Positions 40,965-51,839 of a stretch of 64,000 bases of DNA are shown in pieces. How positions within the stretch are numbered: the stretch's first letter is position 1; each line of letters opens with the position of its first letter. Below the pieces are notes generated by a model. That model was not told the origin of the DNA, made no database searches, and was given only the letters and a program-made list of their open reading frames with translations. The translations under genes and the position numbers were made by a program. This DNA comes from Endomicrobiales bacterium (GTDB lineage: Bacteria; Elusimicrobiota; Endomicrobiia; Endomicrobiales; JALOBY01): assembly GCA_963796955.1 (NCBI GenBank), contig CAWCNJ010000007.1, positions 60,632-124,631 on the forward strand. Direction: 5' to 3'.

Positions 40965-41825
40965 ATGCCCTCTAATACCCAATTTCTTATCGTCAGCGGT
41001 CTTTCGGGAGCCGGCAAAAGCCAGGCGCTGAAGATCCTTGAAGATCTCGGCTATTCCACCGTTGATAATCTGCCCGTCGAGCTGGTGCCGAAGTTCGCGG
41101 AACTGTGCCTTGCCTCGGGTGAAAAATTCCGCCGCGTCGGGATCGGCATCGATGTACGCGCCGGTAAACGGGCCCTTGACAAGCTGGGCCGCGTGCTGGA
41201 AGACATAAAGAAACTCGGCGTACGCTACCGCATACTTTTCCTTTCTGCCAACGACACGACGCTGCTGCAGCGCTATTCCGAGACGCGCCATAAACATCCG
41301 CTTGCCTGCCGGGTCATGGAAGGCATAAAATCCGAGCGCAAACTGCTGGCGAAGCTGATGATCATGGCGGACCATGTGGTAGATACTTCCCAGCTTAACC
41401 TGGGCGAGCTTAAAGAGGTTATCGCGGTTGAAATGAAGGAAGCGGTCGGGCAGGATTTTTCTATTTCCGTGAGCTCGTTCGGTTACAAATACGGCCTGCC
41501 GATAGACGCCGATATCGTCATCGACGTTCGTTTCCTGCCGAACCCCAATTATATTCCTTCAATGCGCTACAAAACGGGTAAGGACGCCCCGGTGCGCAAT
41601 TATGTGTTCAGGCAAAAACTGACAAAACGATTCTTCAAGAAATTCCTCAGCATGCTGGAATTCCTGATACCGAATTATATCAAAGAGGGAAAAAGCCATC
41701 TGGCGGTCGCGGTGGGCTGCACCGGCGGGCATCACCGTTCCGTCGCTCTGGCAGAGGCGGTCGCGCAGTCGCTTAAGCAGAAACAGTACCACGTGCAGGT
41801 CTATCACCGGGACATAAGCAAATGA
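40965..41825 (+). CDS. rapZ: RNase adapter RapZ (YvcJ)
   Basis: SGLSGAGKS, VDNLP, ETRHKHPL, SFGYKYG, DVRFLPNP, GCTGGHHRSV. Confidence 0.95.
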   Translation: MPSNTQFLIVSGLSGAGKSQALKILEDLGYSTVDNLPVELVPKFAELCLASGEKFRRVGIGIDVRAGKRALDKLGRVLEDIKKLGVRYRILFLSANDTTLLQRYSETRHKHPLACRVMEGIKSERKLLAKLMIMADHVVDTSQLNLGELKEVIAVEMKEAVGQDFSISVSSFGYKYGLPIDADIVIDVRFLPNPNYIPSMRYKTGKDAPVRNYVFRQKLTKRFFKKFLSMLEFLIPNYIKEGKSHLAVAVGCTGGHHRSVALAEAVAQSLKQKQYHVQVYHRDISK

Positions 41826-42796
41826 GGGCGCGCGTCTCGCTTAAGGGCCCGCGGATCGTCGCGATCGGCGGTGGAACGGGTTTATCCACCCTGCTGAGGG
41901 GTCTGAAAGCCTATTCCGAGAACATTACGGCGGTCGTGACGGTTTCCGACGACGGCGGCAGCTCGGGGACGCTGCGCAGGGAATTGGGCGTGCTGCCCCC
42001 GGGCGATATACGCAGCTGTCTTGTCGCGCTCTCTGAAGAAGAAACCCTGCTGTCAAAGTTGTTCCAGTACCGGTTTTCATCGAAGGGCTCGCTGGCCGGC
42101 CATTCGTTCGGCAATTTGTTCCTGACGGCGATGACGGATATCGCCGGAGGTTTCGACCGTGCCGTCGTATCGGCAAGCGATGTTCTTGCGGTGCGCGGCA
42201 GGGTTTTGCCGGTCACCCTGCGCTCGGTCACACTTACCGCAACGCTTAAGAACGGCAAAACGGTGCGCGGGGAAAGCGCTATATCGCGCAGCGACTCACG
42301 CATCGCGAAACTGCATATCAATCCGTCACTGCCGCCGGCCTGCCCGGAGGTAATACGGGCTATAGCGGCCGCCGATTGCATCGTGCTCGGGCCGGGTTCT
42401 CTCTATACCTCGATCATCTCGAACCTGCTGGTGGACGGTGTCGCGAAGGCTTTAAAAGCGTCGAAGGCGCCTAAAATTTATGTTGCTAATATCATGACCC
42501 AGCCGGGAGAGACTTCCGGTTATTCGCTCAACGACCACCTGGAAGCCATAGAGGCTCACGGCGGGCGGGGTCTGTTCAATCTGGTACTTTCCAACCGCGG
42601 CAGGATACCGCCCGGGATACTTAAGAAATACGCGAAGGACGGCGCCTGCCCGGTAACGGCGGACGAGCGCACACGCACGATCACAAAAGTGATCTGTTCG
42701 GATATTTTTTCAGGCGAGTCTTACGCCCGCCATGACAGCGCGAAGTTAGCACGGGCTATTATGCGCGCGGTCAAGGGAAGGTTTCACGCATGTTAA
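41822..42796 (+). CDS. yvcK: YvcK/GlmR family UDP-GlcNAc-binding protein
   Basis: IGGGTGL, VTVSDDGGSSG, PPGDIR, GHSFGNL, GPGSLYTS, NIMTQPGET. Confidence 0.93.
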   Translation: MRARVSLKGPRIVAIGGGTGLSTLLRGLKAYSENITAVVTVSDDGGSSGTLRRELGVLPPGDIRSCLVALSEEETLLSKLFQYRFSSKGSLAGHSFGNLFLTAMTDIAGGFDRAVVSASDVLAVRGRVLPVTLRSVTLTATLKNGKTVRGESAISRSDSRIAKLHINPSLPPACPEVIRAIAAADCIVLGPGSLYTSIISNLLVDGVAKALKASKAPKIYVANIMTQPGETSGYSLNDHLEAIEAHGGRGLFNLVLSNRGRIPPGILKKYAKDGACPVTADERTRTITKVICSDIFSGESYARHDSAKLARAIMRAVKGRFHAC

Positions 42797-43212
42797 GAGT
42801 CATGATCATTACCCACGGCAATCTCGGTCTTGAAATGCTGCGGACGGCAGAAACGATCATCGGTCCCCAGCCGGATGCAGTCGTCGTAACGCTCAACGGG
42901 AACGAAAGTCTGGGCGGCCTTGCCCAAAGGGTCGGCACTATTATCAACGAGATACATTCACCGGACGGCATCATGGTGCTGACCGATATGGTCGGCGGCA
43001 CGCCCTGCAATGTCTGCCTGCCGTTCTGCGCCGATCACCGTATGGAAGTGGTCAGCGGCGTTAACCTGTATATGCTGCTCACGGCGCTGATGAACGCGAA
43101 AACCCTGCCGCTGGAAGAACTCGCGAAAAAAGTTATAGCGGACGGTAAAAAGAACATAACTAACGCCGGAGAAACGTTCAAGGCAAAACTGGATTCACAG
43201 AGGAGAGCATGA
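42790..43212 (+). CDS. PTS mannose-family IIA component
   Basis: IITHG, LTDMVGGTPCN, SGVNL. Confidence 0.9.
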   Translation: MLRVMIITHGNLGLEMLRTAETIIGPQPDAVVVTLNGNESLGGLAQRVGTIINEIHSPDGIMVLTDMVGGTPCNVCLPFCADHRMEVVSGVNLYMLLTALMNAKTLPLEELAKKVIADGKKNITNAGETFKAKLDSQRRA

Positions 43213-43715
43213 GCATAGTATTGACGCGCATCGACGATCGCCTTATCCACGGACAGGTAGTTGAAGGCTGGCTGAAGAATATTAACGTTGACCATATCGC
43301 CATAATCTCCAATGAAGTGGCAGCCGATAAAATGCAGCAGGTGCTGTTCTCCATCGCGGTGCCGAAAAGCATTAAGGTGTCGGCGCTGGGTGTCGAAGAG
43401 GCAGCAGTCAAGGCAAAAGAAGGCTATTTTGACAAATATCGCTTCCTGCTGCTGCTTTCGACCCCGCAGGATGTGCAGCGGCTGATCGAAGGCGGCGTAA
43501 AGCTGGATTCCGTCAATGTCGGTGGTATGCATTTCACCCCCGGTAAAAAACAGATACTGAAAGCGCTTTCGGTAGACGAGCATGATATCGCCTCGCTGCT
43601 TGCCATCCATCAGGCCGGTGTAAAACTGGAAGGCAGGGTGCTGCCGGGTGACGATATGATAGATATCGTAGAGGTTATCAAAGAAGAAGGGTTAAAGCCG
43701 GGGGAGACTAAATGA
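43209..43715 (+). CDS. PTS mannose/sorbose-family IIB component
   Basis: RIDDRLIHGQV, VNVGG. Confidence 0.92.
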   Translation: MSIVLTRIDDRLIHGQVVEGWLKNINVDHIAIISNEVAADKMQQVLFSIAVPKSIKVSALGVEEAAVKAKEGYFDKYRFLLLLSTPQDVQRLIEGGVKLDSVNVGGMHFTPGKKQILKALSVDEHDIASLLAIHQAGVKLEGRVLPGDDMIDIVEVIKEEGLKPGETK

Positions 43716-45772
43716 AACAGATCAATTTTGTTCTTGGGATACATAATCATCAGCCGGTGGGTAATTTCCCTGAGGTCTTTGAAATGGCCTATCAGAAATC
43801 CTACCGGCCGTTCACCGAGGCAATGCGTAACCATGCGTCGGTAAAATGGTCTCTGCACTGCACCGGCATACTGTGGGATTTTATAAAAAGAGAACATCCC
43901 GAATATATAGAGATCGTAAAAGTAATGGTGGCCCGCGGCCAGGTGGAACTGCTGACCGGCGGTTATTACGAACCGATCCTTTCCGTGATCAGTGACGCCG
44001 ATAAACGGGGGCAGATACTGAAGCAGACGGCGTTCCTGAAGGAAACATTCGGTGTTGAGGCCCAGGGGATGTGGCTGGCCGAGCGCGTGTGGGAGCCCGG
44101 CCTTGCCAAGCAGATGGCGGAAGCCGGTGTGAAATACACGGTTGTCGACGACGCCCACTTTGCCGCCACCGGCATGGATCCGGATCAATTGAAGGGGTAT
44201 TATGTTACCGAAGATCAGGGCGCCAGCCTGAAGATCTTCCCGATCAGCCAGCAGCTGCGCTACCATATACCGTTCAAGACCATAAACGATACGATAAATT
44301 TTTTCGGCGCCAACGCCGCGGAAGACGGCAATCCGGTCCTGGTCATGGCCGACGACGGTGAGAAATTCGGCCTGTGGCCGGAGACCTACAACCATGTCTA
44401 TAACGACCGCTGGCTGGAGAATTTCCTGACGGCACTGGAACAGAACAGCACCTGGCTGAACACGCTGACATTCTCGGAATACATTTCAAGGTATCCATCC
44501 TCCGGCAGGGTGTATCTGCCGACCGCCTCTTATTTTGAAATGTCCGAATGGAGCCTGCCCGCCTCCACGCAGGAGACGTTCGAGGACGTCGTTAAACATC
44601 AGGGGGAACACTCCCCGGTAAAACGTTTTCTCCGCGGGGGGTTCTGGCGCAATTTTCTGACGAAATATTCCGAATCGAACAATATGCACAAGAAAATGCT
44701 CTACGTCAGCCGCAAGCTCGCCAAAGATCAAGCCGCGGGCGGCCTGAACCTGGAGCCTGCGCGTAACGCGCTGTATGCCGGCCAGTGCAACTGCGCCTAC
44801 TGGCACGGGGTATTCGGCGGCCTCTACCTGCCGCATCTGCGCACCGCGATATACCGCGAGTTGTTAACGGCGGAATGCCTGCTGAGAGCGAATTCAAAAA
44901 GCATCCCGCGCTGGATAACCACCGATTTTGATGTTGACGGCAAGGACGAGGTGCTCTACGAAGGGAAGCATCAGAACTTGTATTTCTCGCCAGACCGTGG
45001 CGGAGCGCTTTTTGAATGGGACCTGCTGGAACTTAAGTTGAACCTGCTGAACACCCTGACGCGCCGGCAGGAAGCGTATCATAAGCGGCTGCGCGAATTC
45101 ATTGCCAATCCGCATTCAAACGACGGCGGCGTAAAGACCATTCACGATATGGTAAAAGTAAAGGAATCGAACCTGGATAAATATCTTTCCTACGACTGGT
45201 ACCGCAGGGAATCTTTCATAGACCATTTTATCCGCCCTGATACGACCTTTGATGACTTCGCCAAATGCCAGTACGGTGAGCAGGGGGATTTTGTGGCCAA
45301 CCGGTATGAACCGGAGACAGGCTCGGGCCTTACCTTATCAAGAGAAGGCCGGGTTTGGATCGGGGATAAGAGCTTTGGTATCCGTATCTCAAAGACCGTG
45401 ACGCCAAGGGATTCACAGTTAAAAGTTCATTATGTTCTGGAAAACCGCGAAGACGCGCCCGCCCAGGTAACCTTCGCCCCGGAACTGAATTTCGCCTTCT
45501 CGTTCTTCGAAGAGAAGAACGCCGCGGAGTTGTCAAAGATACGGGAATGGTCGTACCGGGATGAAGGCTTCGGCCTTGAGGCGAAGCTGCAGCTTTCACA
45601 GGATGCGCGCGTATGGGTATTTCCGGTGCAGACCGTTTCTCTTTCCGAGAGCGGCTTTGAGAAAACGTATCAGGGAACGGCGGTGGTCCCGCTCTTTAAA
45701 CTGACGATTCCGCCCAAAGATAAGTATGAACTGGAAATATCGGTAAAAGTACATAAATTACCCGGAAGGTGA
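43712..45772 (+). CDS. GH57 alpha-amylase / 4-alpha-glucanotransferase (DUF1925/DUF1926)
   Basis: HNHQPVGN, GGYYEPIL, WLAERVWEP, ADDGEKFG, YLPTASYFEM, QCNCAYWHGVFGGLYLPHLR. Confidence 0.92.
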   Translation: MKQINFVLGIHNHQPVGNFPEVFEMAYQKSYRPFTEAMRNHASVKWSLHCTGILWDFIKREHPEYIEIVKVMVARGQVELLTGGYYEPILSVISDADKRGQILKQTAFLKETFGVEAQGMWLAERVWEPGLAKQMAEAGVKYTVVDDAHFAATGMDPDQLKGYYVTEDQGASLKIFPISQQLRYHIPFKTINDTINFFGANAAEDGNPVLVMADDGEKFGLWPETYNHVYNDRWLENFLTALEQNSTWLNTLTFSEYISRYPSSGRVYLPTASYFEMSEWSLPASTQETFEDVVKHQGEHSPVKRFLRGGFWRNFLTKYSESNNMHKKMLYVSRKLAKDQAAGGLNLEPARNALYAGQCNCAYWHGVFGGLYLPHLRTAIYRELLTAECLLRANSKSIPRWITTDFDVDGKDEVLYEGKHQNLYFSPDRGGALFEWDLLELKLNLLNTLTRRQEAYHKRLREFIANPHSNDGGVKTIHDMVKVKESNLDKYLSYDWYRRESFIDHFIRPDTTFDDFAKCQYGEQGDFVANRYEPETGSGLTLSREGRVWIGDKSFGIRISKTVTPRDSQLKVHYVLENREDAPAQVTFAPELNFAFSFFEEKNAAELSKIREWSYRDEGFGLEAKLQLSQDARVWVFPVQTVSLSESGFEKTYQGTAVVPLFKLTIPPKDKYELEISVKVHKLPGR

Positions 45773-45773
45773 G

Positions 45774-46406
45774 ATGGTTGAATCATTGTTCTTAGCGTTC
45801 CTCGCAGCCCTTATCAGCCTTGATGTCACGGCGTTCGGCCAGTTCATGATCTCACGGCCTATCGTCGTGGGACCTCTTTTCGGGTTTTTGCTGGGCGACA
45901 TGAAAACCGGTATCTGGCTCGGCATGATCGTAGAGATGGTATGGGTCAACGTGATACCGATGGGTGCTTCGGTGCCGCCGGATACCACCGCGATCGCGAT
46001 CCTTGCCACCGTCTGGGGAATGCGTGCCCTGCCGTATCATTCATCCGCCATGGTGCTGGCGCTTGCGCTTGCTATTCCAGCGGCGATACTGTTCCGCCTG
46101 ATAGACGTTGCCCAGAGATATCTGCACGTGCGTATCGCCCGCTGGGTTCAGGAGGGCACCGCGGAAAATCTGGAAAAACGGGTCTCCCTCGGTGTTTCCG
46201 CCGGGTTTATGCTGTTTTTCCTTAAAGCTTTCGTATTCTATGCATTACTTATCTACCCGGGTACCATTTTGACCAGGGAGATATACATGCATTTGTCGCC
46301 GGGCATGATCAGAGGTCTCGCCGAAGCCTGGCGCGTGCTGCCGCTGGTAGGGCTTGCCTACCTGCTGCGTAATTTCAGCGGCAATTTTCTGTGTTCAAAT
46401 AAATGA
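45774..46406 (+). CDS. PTS mannose-family IIC component
   Basis: GQFMISRPIVVGP, PMGASVPPD; hydrophobic. Confidence 0.88.
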   Translation: MVESLFLAFLAALISLDVTAFGQFMISRPIVVGPLFGFLLGDMKTGIWLGMIVEMVWVNVIPMGASVPPDTTAIAILATVWGMRALPYHSSAMVLALALAIPAAILFRLIDVAQRYLHVRIARWVQEGTAENLEKRVSLGVSAGFMLFFLKAFVFYALLIYPGTILTREIYMHLSPGMIRGLAEAWRVLPLVGLAYLLRNFSGNFLCSNK

Positions 46407-47161
46407 GAAATAAACTTAAAATAATCAATTTCTTCATACGTTCTTTTTTTGTTCAGTCGCTGTGGAATTTCGAACAGATGCAGAACGTCGGTTTTGCGTT
46501 TTGCATGCTGCCGCTGCTGAAAATGTTCTATCCCGATCCTGAAAAACGGTATGGGGCCATAAAACGCCACCTGGATTTTTTTAATACGCATCCGTACATG
46601 GTAAGCATCATCCTGGGCCTGACCATGTCCATGGAAAAAGACCACGCGAGCGGCCAGGGGGTGCGGGTGGAAGAGATCCTTTCCGTAAAACGCAATATGG
46701 CCGGCCCGCTGGCGGCCATCGGCGATAATTTTTTCTGGGGTACGTGGCGTCCTTTCGTCGGAACACTGGCCGTCGGCCTTGCCATAGTGTTCTCCGGCAA
46801 CCGTTTGCTCAACGGCTCGTGGCTGGTGCCCGTTTTCTTCGTTTCATTCTACAACCTGCTGAGCATGGGATTCCGTTTCTGGAGCTTAAAGATAAGTTTT
46901 AATTATCGAGAACAGATCATCAAGGATATCGCGGGCCTGCAGTTGCAGGCGGCCCGCAATACCGTCAACAGTATCGGACGGCTGGTGGTCGCCTTGATCA
47001 TCGCTATTTATCTGATAAAATACGCGCACGGATTTTCCGACGCGCTGGTCCTGAGCGGGTTTTTCGCGGGCACGTTACTGTGTTCCTGCGTGAAACTGCC
47101 GGCGAACCTTATATTCTACGGCGTAGTCGCAGTATGCGTTGGTTTTGCGTCACTGCAATAG
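46403..47161 (+). CDS. PTS mannose-family IID component
   Basis: WNFEQMQNVGF, RHLDFFNTHP, GPLAAIGDNFFW. Confidence 0.92.
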   Translation: MRNKLKIINFFIRSFFVQSLWNFEQMQNVGFAFCMLPLLKMFYPDPEKRYGAIKRHLDFFNTHPYMVSIILGLTMSMEKDHASGQGVRVEEILSVKRNMAGPLAAIGDNFFWGTWRPFVGTLAVGLAIVFSGNRLLNGSWLVPVFFVSFYNLLSMGFRFWSLKISFNYREQIIKDIAGLQLQAARNTVNSIGRLVVALIIAIYLIKYAHGFSDALVLSGFFAGTLLCSCVKLPANLIFYGVVAVCVGFASLQ

Positions 47162-47183
47162 TCTGATAGGAAGGTACTTAACA

Positions 47184-47450
47184 ATGGTTGAAAGAACGGT
47201 GGCAATACGTAACAGACTGGGGCTGCACGCCCGCCCGGCGGCGATGCTGGTGCAGGCGGCGGCAAAATTCAAGTCACAGATCAAGATCTATAAAGACGAT
47301 CAGGAAGTGGACGGCAAAAGCATCATGGGCCTTATGACGCTGGCCGCCTGCTCCGGTACCAATCTGCGCATTGTTTCCAACGGGCCCGACGAAAACGAGG
47401 CGACGGCTGCGCTCGTAACACTGATAGAATCCGGGTTCAATGAAGTCTAA
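47184..47450 (+). CDS. ptsH: Phosphocarrier protein HPr
   Basis: GLHARPA, DGKSIMGLM. Confidence 0.95.
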   Translation: MVERTVAIRNRLGLHARPAAMLVQAAAKFKSQIKIYKDDQEVDGKSIMGLMTLAACSGTNLRIVSNGPDENEATAALVTLIESGFNEV

Positions 47451-47459
47451 GAGGGGATC

Positions 47460-49211
47460 ATGACCATCGAAAAAAACAGCAGCGTAAGCAACGTCATGCA
47501 GGGGATCCCTGCCTCGCCGGGTATCGCGATCGGCAAGGTTTTTCTGCTGGAAGACGAAGAGTTCTGCCTGGTGCAGGTGGATGTCCCCAAAGAAGAGCTT
47601 AAACGGGAGATCGGCCGGTTTCGCGACGCCCTGACGAAAACGCGCAACGAGATGTTGCAGACCAAGGAAAAAATATTCAAGAACCTGGGAAAAGAATATG
47701 CCAGGCTTGCCGACGCGTATCTGCTCATCCTGGAAGACCCGCTGATCACGCGAGATGTCGTCAAGAAGATCAACGAAGGAGTTAACGCCGAGTACGCGCT
47801 GTATAAGGTGCTTGAAAAAGTCATACGTTCCTTTGAAATGATAGACGATGAATATTTTCGCGAACGCAAGAACGATATTCAAGACGTCGGTAAAAAAATA
47901 TTGCGCAACCTGCTGGGCAAGGAACGCAGGGCGCTTTCTGAAATTAGTTCCGAGGCCATTGTGGTAGGTCACAACCTGACGCCGTCGGACACTATCGCCA
48001 TGCGCGAGAATCTGGTCAAGGGCTTTGTGACCGACATCGGCGGCCGTACTTCCCATACCGCCATCGTCGCGCAGAGCCTGGAGATCCCGGCTGTCGTCGG
48101 CCTTAAGAACGTTACCGCGCGCGTACGCGAAGGCGACATTCTGGTGATCGACGGCAATCAGGGCGTGGTGATCATCAATCCCGAACAGCAGATACTGGAG
48201 AACTACCGCCGCGAGCAGGATATCCAATCGGCCCAGAGCCGGGAGCTTGAAAAACTGCGTGACCTGCCGGCGCAAAGCACCGACGGACACCGCATCACCA
48301 TCGCAGCCAATATCGACAACCCCGAAGAGACGAAATCCGTCTTAAAGCACGGGGCCGAAGGTATCGGTCTCTACCGTTCCGAATTCATGTACTTTAACCG
48401 TACGTCCATTCCGACGGAAGATGAGCATTATCATAATTATTCCCAGGTGGCAAAAAAAATGCTGCCCTATAGCGTGATCATACGCACCGTGGACCTCGGC
48501 GGGGACAAGCTGGGCAATATCGGACTTGAGGACATCACACCTGAAGGCAATCCCTTCCTCGGTCTCAGGGGAATACGCCTGTGCCTGAAATATCCCGAGT
48601 TGTTCATTCCGCAGCTTAAGGGTATCCTGCGCGCCTCGGCTGAGGGCAGGATAAAGCTGATGTACCCTATGATCTCCGGCGTCGAGGAGGTTGTGGCTGC
48701 CAATAAACTGTTGGAACAGGCGAAAGACGAGCTGCGCAAAGAAGGCAAGAAATTTGACGAACACATAGAGATCGGCGTTATGATAGAAGTGCCTTCCGCC
48801 GCCCTTACCGCGGATATGATCGCTGAAAAATGCGATTTTCTCTCTATCGGCACCAACGACCTGATACAATATACCCTTGCCGTTGACCGCGTCAACGAAA
48901 ATGTCGCCTCCCTGTACGACCCGCTGAATTTATCCATCTTACGGTTGATAAAAAGCGTTGTCGACGCGGCTCACAACGGCGGTAAATGGGTGGGTATGTG
49001 CGGCGAGATGGCCGCCGATCCGATGTACGCGATGATATTGCTCGGCATGGGGCTGAACGAGCTGAGCGTATCCCCGGGCGCCGTGCCTAAGATCAAAAAG
49101 ACCATCAGGAATATTTCGCAGGCCGACGCCAAGGCCCTGGCCAGGGACGTGCTGGAATCACCGAACAGAGCCGCGATCATAAACAACATAAAAAGGCATT
49201 CAACCCCTTGA
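47460..49211 (+). CDS. ptsI: Phosphoenolpyruvate-protein phosphotransferase (enzyme I)
   Basis: GGRTSHTAIVA, GIGLYRSEF, NPFLGLRGIR, SIGTNDLIQY, MCGEMA. Confidence 0.97.
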   Translation: MTIEKNSSVSNVMQGIPASPGIAIGKVFLLEDEEFCLVQVDVPKEELKREIGRFRDALTKTRNEMLQTKEKIFKNLGKEYARLADAYLLILEDPLITRDVVKKINEGVNAEYALYKVLEKVIRSFEMIDDEYFRERKNDIQDVGKKILRNLLGKERRALSEISSEAIVVGHNLTPSDTIAMRENLVKGFVTDIGGRTSHTAIVAQSLEIPAVVGLKNVTARVREGDILVIDGNQGVVIINPEQQILENYRREQDIQSAQSRELEKLRDLPAQSTDGHRITIAANIDNPEETKSVLKHGAEGIGLYRSEFMYFNRTSIPTEDEHYHNYSQVAKKMLPYSVIIRTVDLGGDKLGNIGLEDITPEGNPFLGLRGIRLCLKYPELFIPQLKGILRASAEGRIKLMYPMISGVEEVVAANKLLEQAKDELRKEGKKFDEHIEIGVMIEVPSAALTADMIAEKCDFLSIGTNDLIQYTLAVDRVNENVASLYDPLNLSILRLIKSVVDAAHNGGKWVGMCGEMAADPMYAMILLGMGLNELSVSPGAVPKIKKTIRNISQADAKALARDVLESPNRAAIINNIKRHSTP

Positions 49212-49226
49212 GGACACCACGACATA

Positions 49227-51012
49227 ATGGAAATACGTAATTTTTGCATCATAGCTCACATCGACCACGGCAAAAGCACACTGGCGGACAGGCTCCTTGA
49301 ATACACAGGCACCATTACCCAGCGCGAGATGCGCGACCAGATAATGGACGGTATGGACCTGGAACGCGAGCGCGGCATAACGATAAAGGCTAAAGCCATC
49401 CGGATGCATCATACGACCGCCGACGGCAGGAAATTCATACTTAACCTGATAGATACCCCGGGTCATGTGGATTTTACCTACGAGGTATCACGGGCGCTCG
49501 CCGCCTGTGAAGGCGCTTTGTTGATCGTCGACGCTACCCAGGGCGTTGAGGCGCAAACGCTGGCGAATACGCTGCTGGCCCGCCAGGCGCATCTTAAGCT
49601 GATCCCCGTGATCAATAAAATAGATCTGCCGACCGCCGATGCTGAGAGTTCCATGCTGCAGATAGAGGAAGGGCTCGGCATACCTGAAGTGCCGGTGCTC
49701 GCGAGCGCCAAAGCCGGCATCGGCATCGCCGAGATCATTCAGCGGGTTATTGACGATGTGCCGCCTCCGAAAGGCGATACCGCCGCTCCCTTGAGCGCAC
49801 TGGTCTTTGATTCTTTCTACGATCCCTACCGCGGCGTCATAATCATGGTGAAGGTGATCGACGGCGTTATATGCGCGAAAATGGAAATGATGTTCGTGTA
49901 TAACGGCGCTATTTATGAGGTGCTTGAAACAGGCTATATGCAGATAAAACTGGTGCCGACGGAAACGCTGAGCGCCGGTGAAGTCGGCTATATCGTTGCC
50001 GGCATCAAAGATATTCACGACGTGAAGATCGGCGATACGGTGACGGAGCGGCGCCGCCCGACCGAGCACGCCCACGCGGGCTACAAGGAAGTTAAGCCGT
50101 TCGTGTTCTCGGGCATGTACCCGCTGAACAACACGGATTACGACAACCTTAAAAAAGCGCTGGAGAAACTGCACCTCTCTGATTCTTCGCTTTCCTACGG
50201 CCCCGAGACTTCCGTCGCCCTGGGGTTCGGCTTTCGCTGCGGCTTCCTGGGTTCACTGCATCTTGAAATAGTCAAGGAACGGCTTGAAAGAGAATTCAAC
50301 CTTGACCTGATAATCACCGCGCCGAACGTTGTCTATAAGGTGGAAACGTTGAAGGGTGTGACCATGATAGACAACCCCGCCAATTTTCCCGTCTTCGGCG
50401 ATATCCTTGAGGTCCAGGAACCGTATGTTATGGCGACGATCATTACGCCGGTGGATTATATCGGCCAGGTGCTGGAGCTGTGCCAGCGCAAACGCGGTGT
50501 TCAGTCTTCGATGAAGTATATGGACACCAAAACCGTGATCCTGGCCTATGAGATACCTTTGGCGGAGATCATTGTCGGGTTTTACGATACGCTGAAGTCG
50601 GTTTCAAAAGGCTACGCTTCATTCGATTATGAACATATCGGTTACCGGCCCGGTGATCTGGTAAAGCTTGAGATGATGATAAACAATGAAATAATAGACG
50701 CATTCTCCGTTATCGTGCATCGCGACAAGGCGACGCCGATGGCGAGACTTTTTGGCGGAAAAGCTTAAAGAGATCATACCGCGTCAGCAGTTTGAGATAC
50801 CGATCCAGGGCCGTATCGGCAACAAAATAATCTGCCGTGAAGATGTGCGGGCGCTGCGTAAAGATGTTATCGCGAAATGCTACGGCGGCGATATTTCCCG
50901 CAAACGCAAACTGCTGGAGAAACAAAAAGAAGGGAAAAAACGCATGCGGCAGTTCGGCAGCGTTGAAATACCGACGGAAGCCTTTGTCGCGGTGCTGAAG
51001 GTAACTGAATAA
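49227..51012 (+). CDS. lepA: Elongation factor 4 (LepA), frameshifted near 50751
   Basis: [35 protein letters not shown]-terminal [21 protein letters not shown] in the next frame; one extra T in CTTTTTGG. Confidence 0.96.
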
Positions 51013-51056
51013 TGATAGAGACGCGGGATCTTGCGTCTCTACGATAAGAGGAAATC

Positions 51057-51830
51057 ATGGAATTGAAATTAGTTTTTTTTGGGATTGGTTTTTTTATTCT
51101 TGCGCGCATCATGCGCGCCTTCCGGGACCGGTTCAAGACCGGCAACGTCGGCTGGTGGTACCATGAGATATATGAATGGGTAGAGACCGGCTGGTCGGCG
51201 ATCCTGCTCGCCGCATTCCTGATGTATTTCTTCATTCAGGCCTTTAAAATACCTTCGGGCAGCATGCGTAATACCTTGCTTGAGGGCGATCACCTGTTCG
51301 TCAACAAATTCGTTTATGGTTTCCATATGCCGTTCGCCGACGGGAAACGGTACTGGCCGCTTAAGACGGTCAAACGCGGTGATATCATTGTGTTCCAGTG
51401 TCCGCCCGAAGCCCTTACTCTCGCGGAAAGGGAAGAACATGTCGATAAAGATTTTATCAAACGCTGTATCGGTATCGGCGGCGATGTGATCGAAGTGAAG
51501 AATAAAGTGGTGTTCGTTAACGGTCAGTCGCAAAAAGAAAATTATACGAGCTTTGCGGATCCCTCCGTGTATCCCGCGCCGAAAATGTTCCCGACGTCCG
51601 AACAGTATCAGCGGGCGTGGGAGGCAGGGACGTTCGCCAACCTCTCGAGCGACGCGGTGCGCGATAATTTCGGCCCCGTGCTGGTGCCGGCCGGCCATTA
51701 TTTCTGCATGGGCGATAACCGGGACCGTTCGTTCGATTCCCGTTTCTGGGGACCGCTGCCGGACAAACTGCTGAAAGGCCGTGCCCTCTTCCTGTACTGG
51801 CCGATAACCCGGGTTCGCCTTGTTAAGTAA
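51057..51830 (+). CDS. lepB: Signal peptidase I
   Basis: AFKIPSGSM, GDHLFVNK, FIKRCIG, MGDNRDRSFDSRFWG. Confidence 0.95.
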   Translation: MELKLVFFGIGFFILARIMRAFRDRFKTGNVGWWYHEIYEWVETGWSAILLAAFLMYFFIQAFKIPSGSMRNTLLEGDHLFVNKFVYGFHMPFADGKRYWPLKTVKRGDIIVFQCPPEALTLAEREEHVDKDFIKRCIGIGGDVIEVKNKVVFVNGQSQKENYTSFADPSVYPAPKMFPTSEQYQRAWEAGTFANLSSDAVRDNFGPVLVPAGHYFCMGDNRDRSFDSRFWGPLPDKLLKGRALFLYWPITRVRLVK

Positions 51831-51839
51831 GGAGAGATT

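Noticed and set aside
17807..48290. Long minus-strand ORFs (e.g. 17807-18805, 32910-33950, 47274-48290)
   Set aside because: Antisense shadows of well-supported + strand genes, with no motifs of their own.
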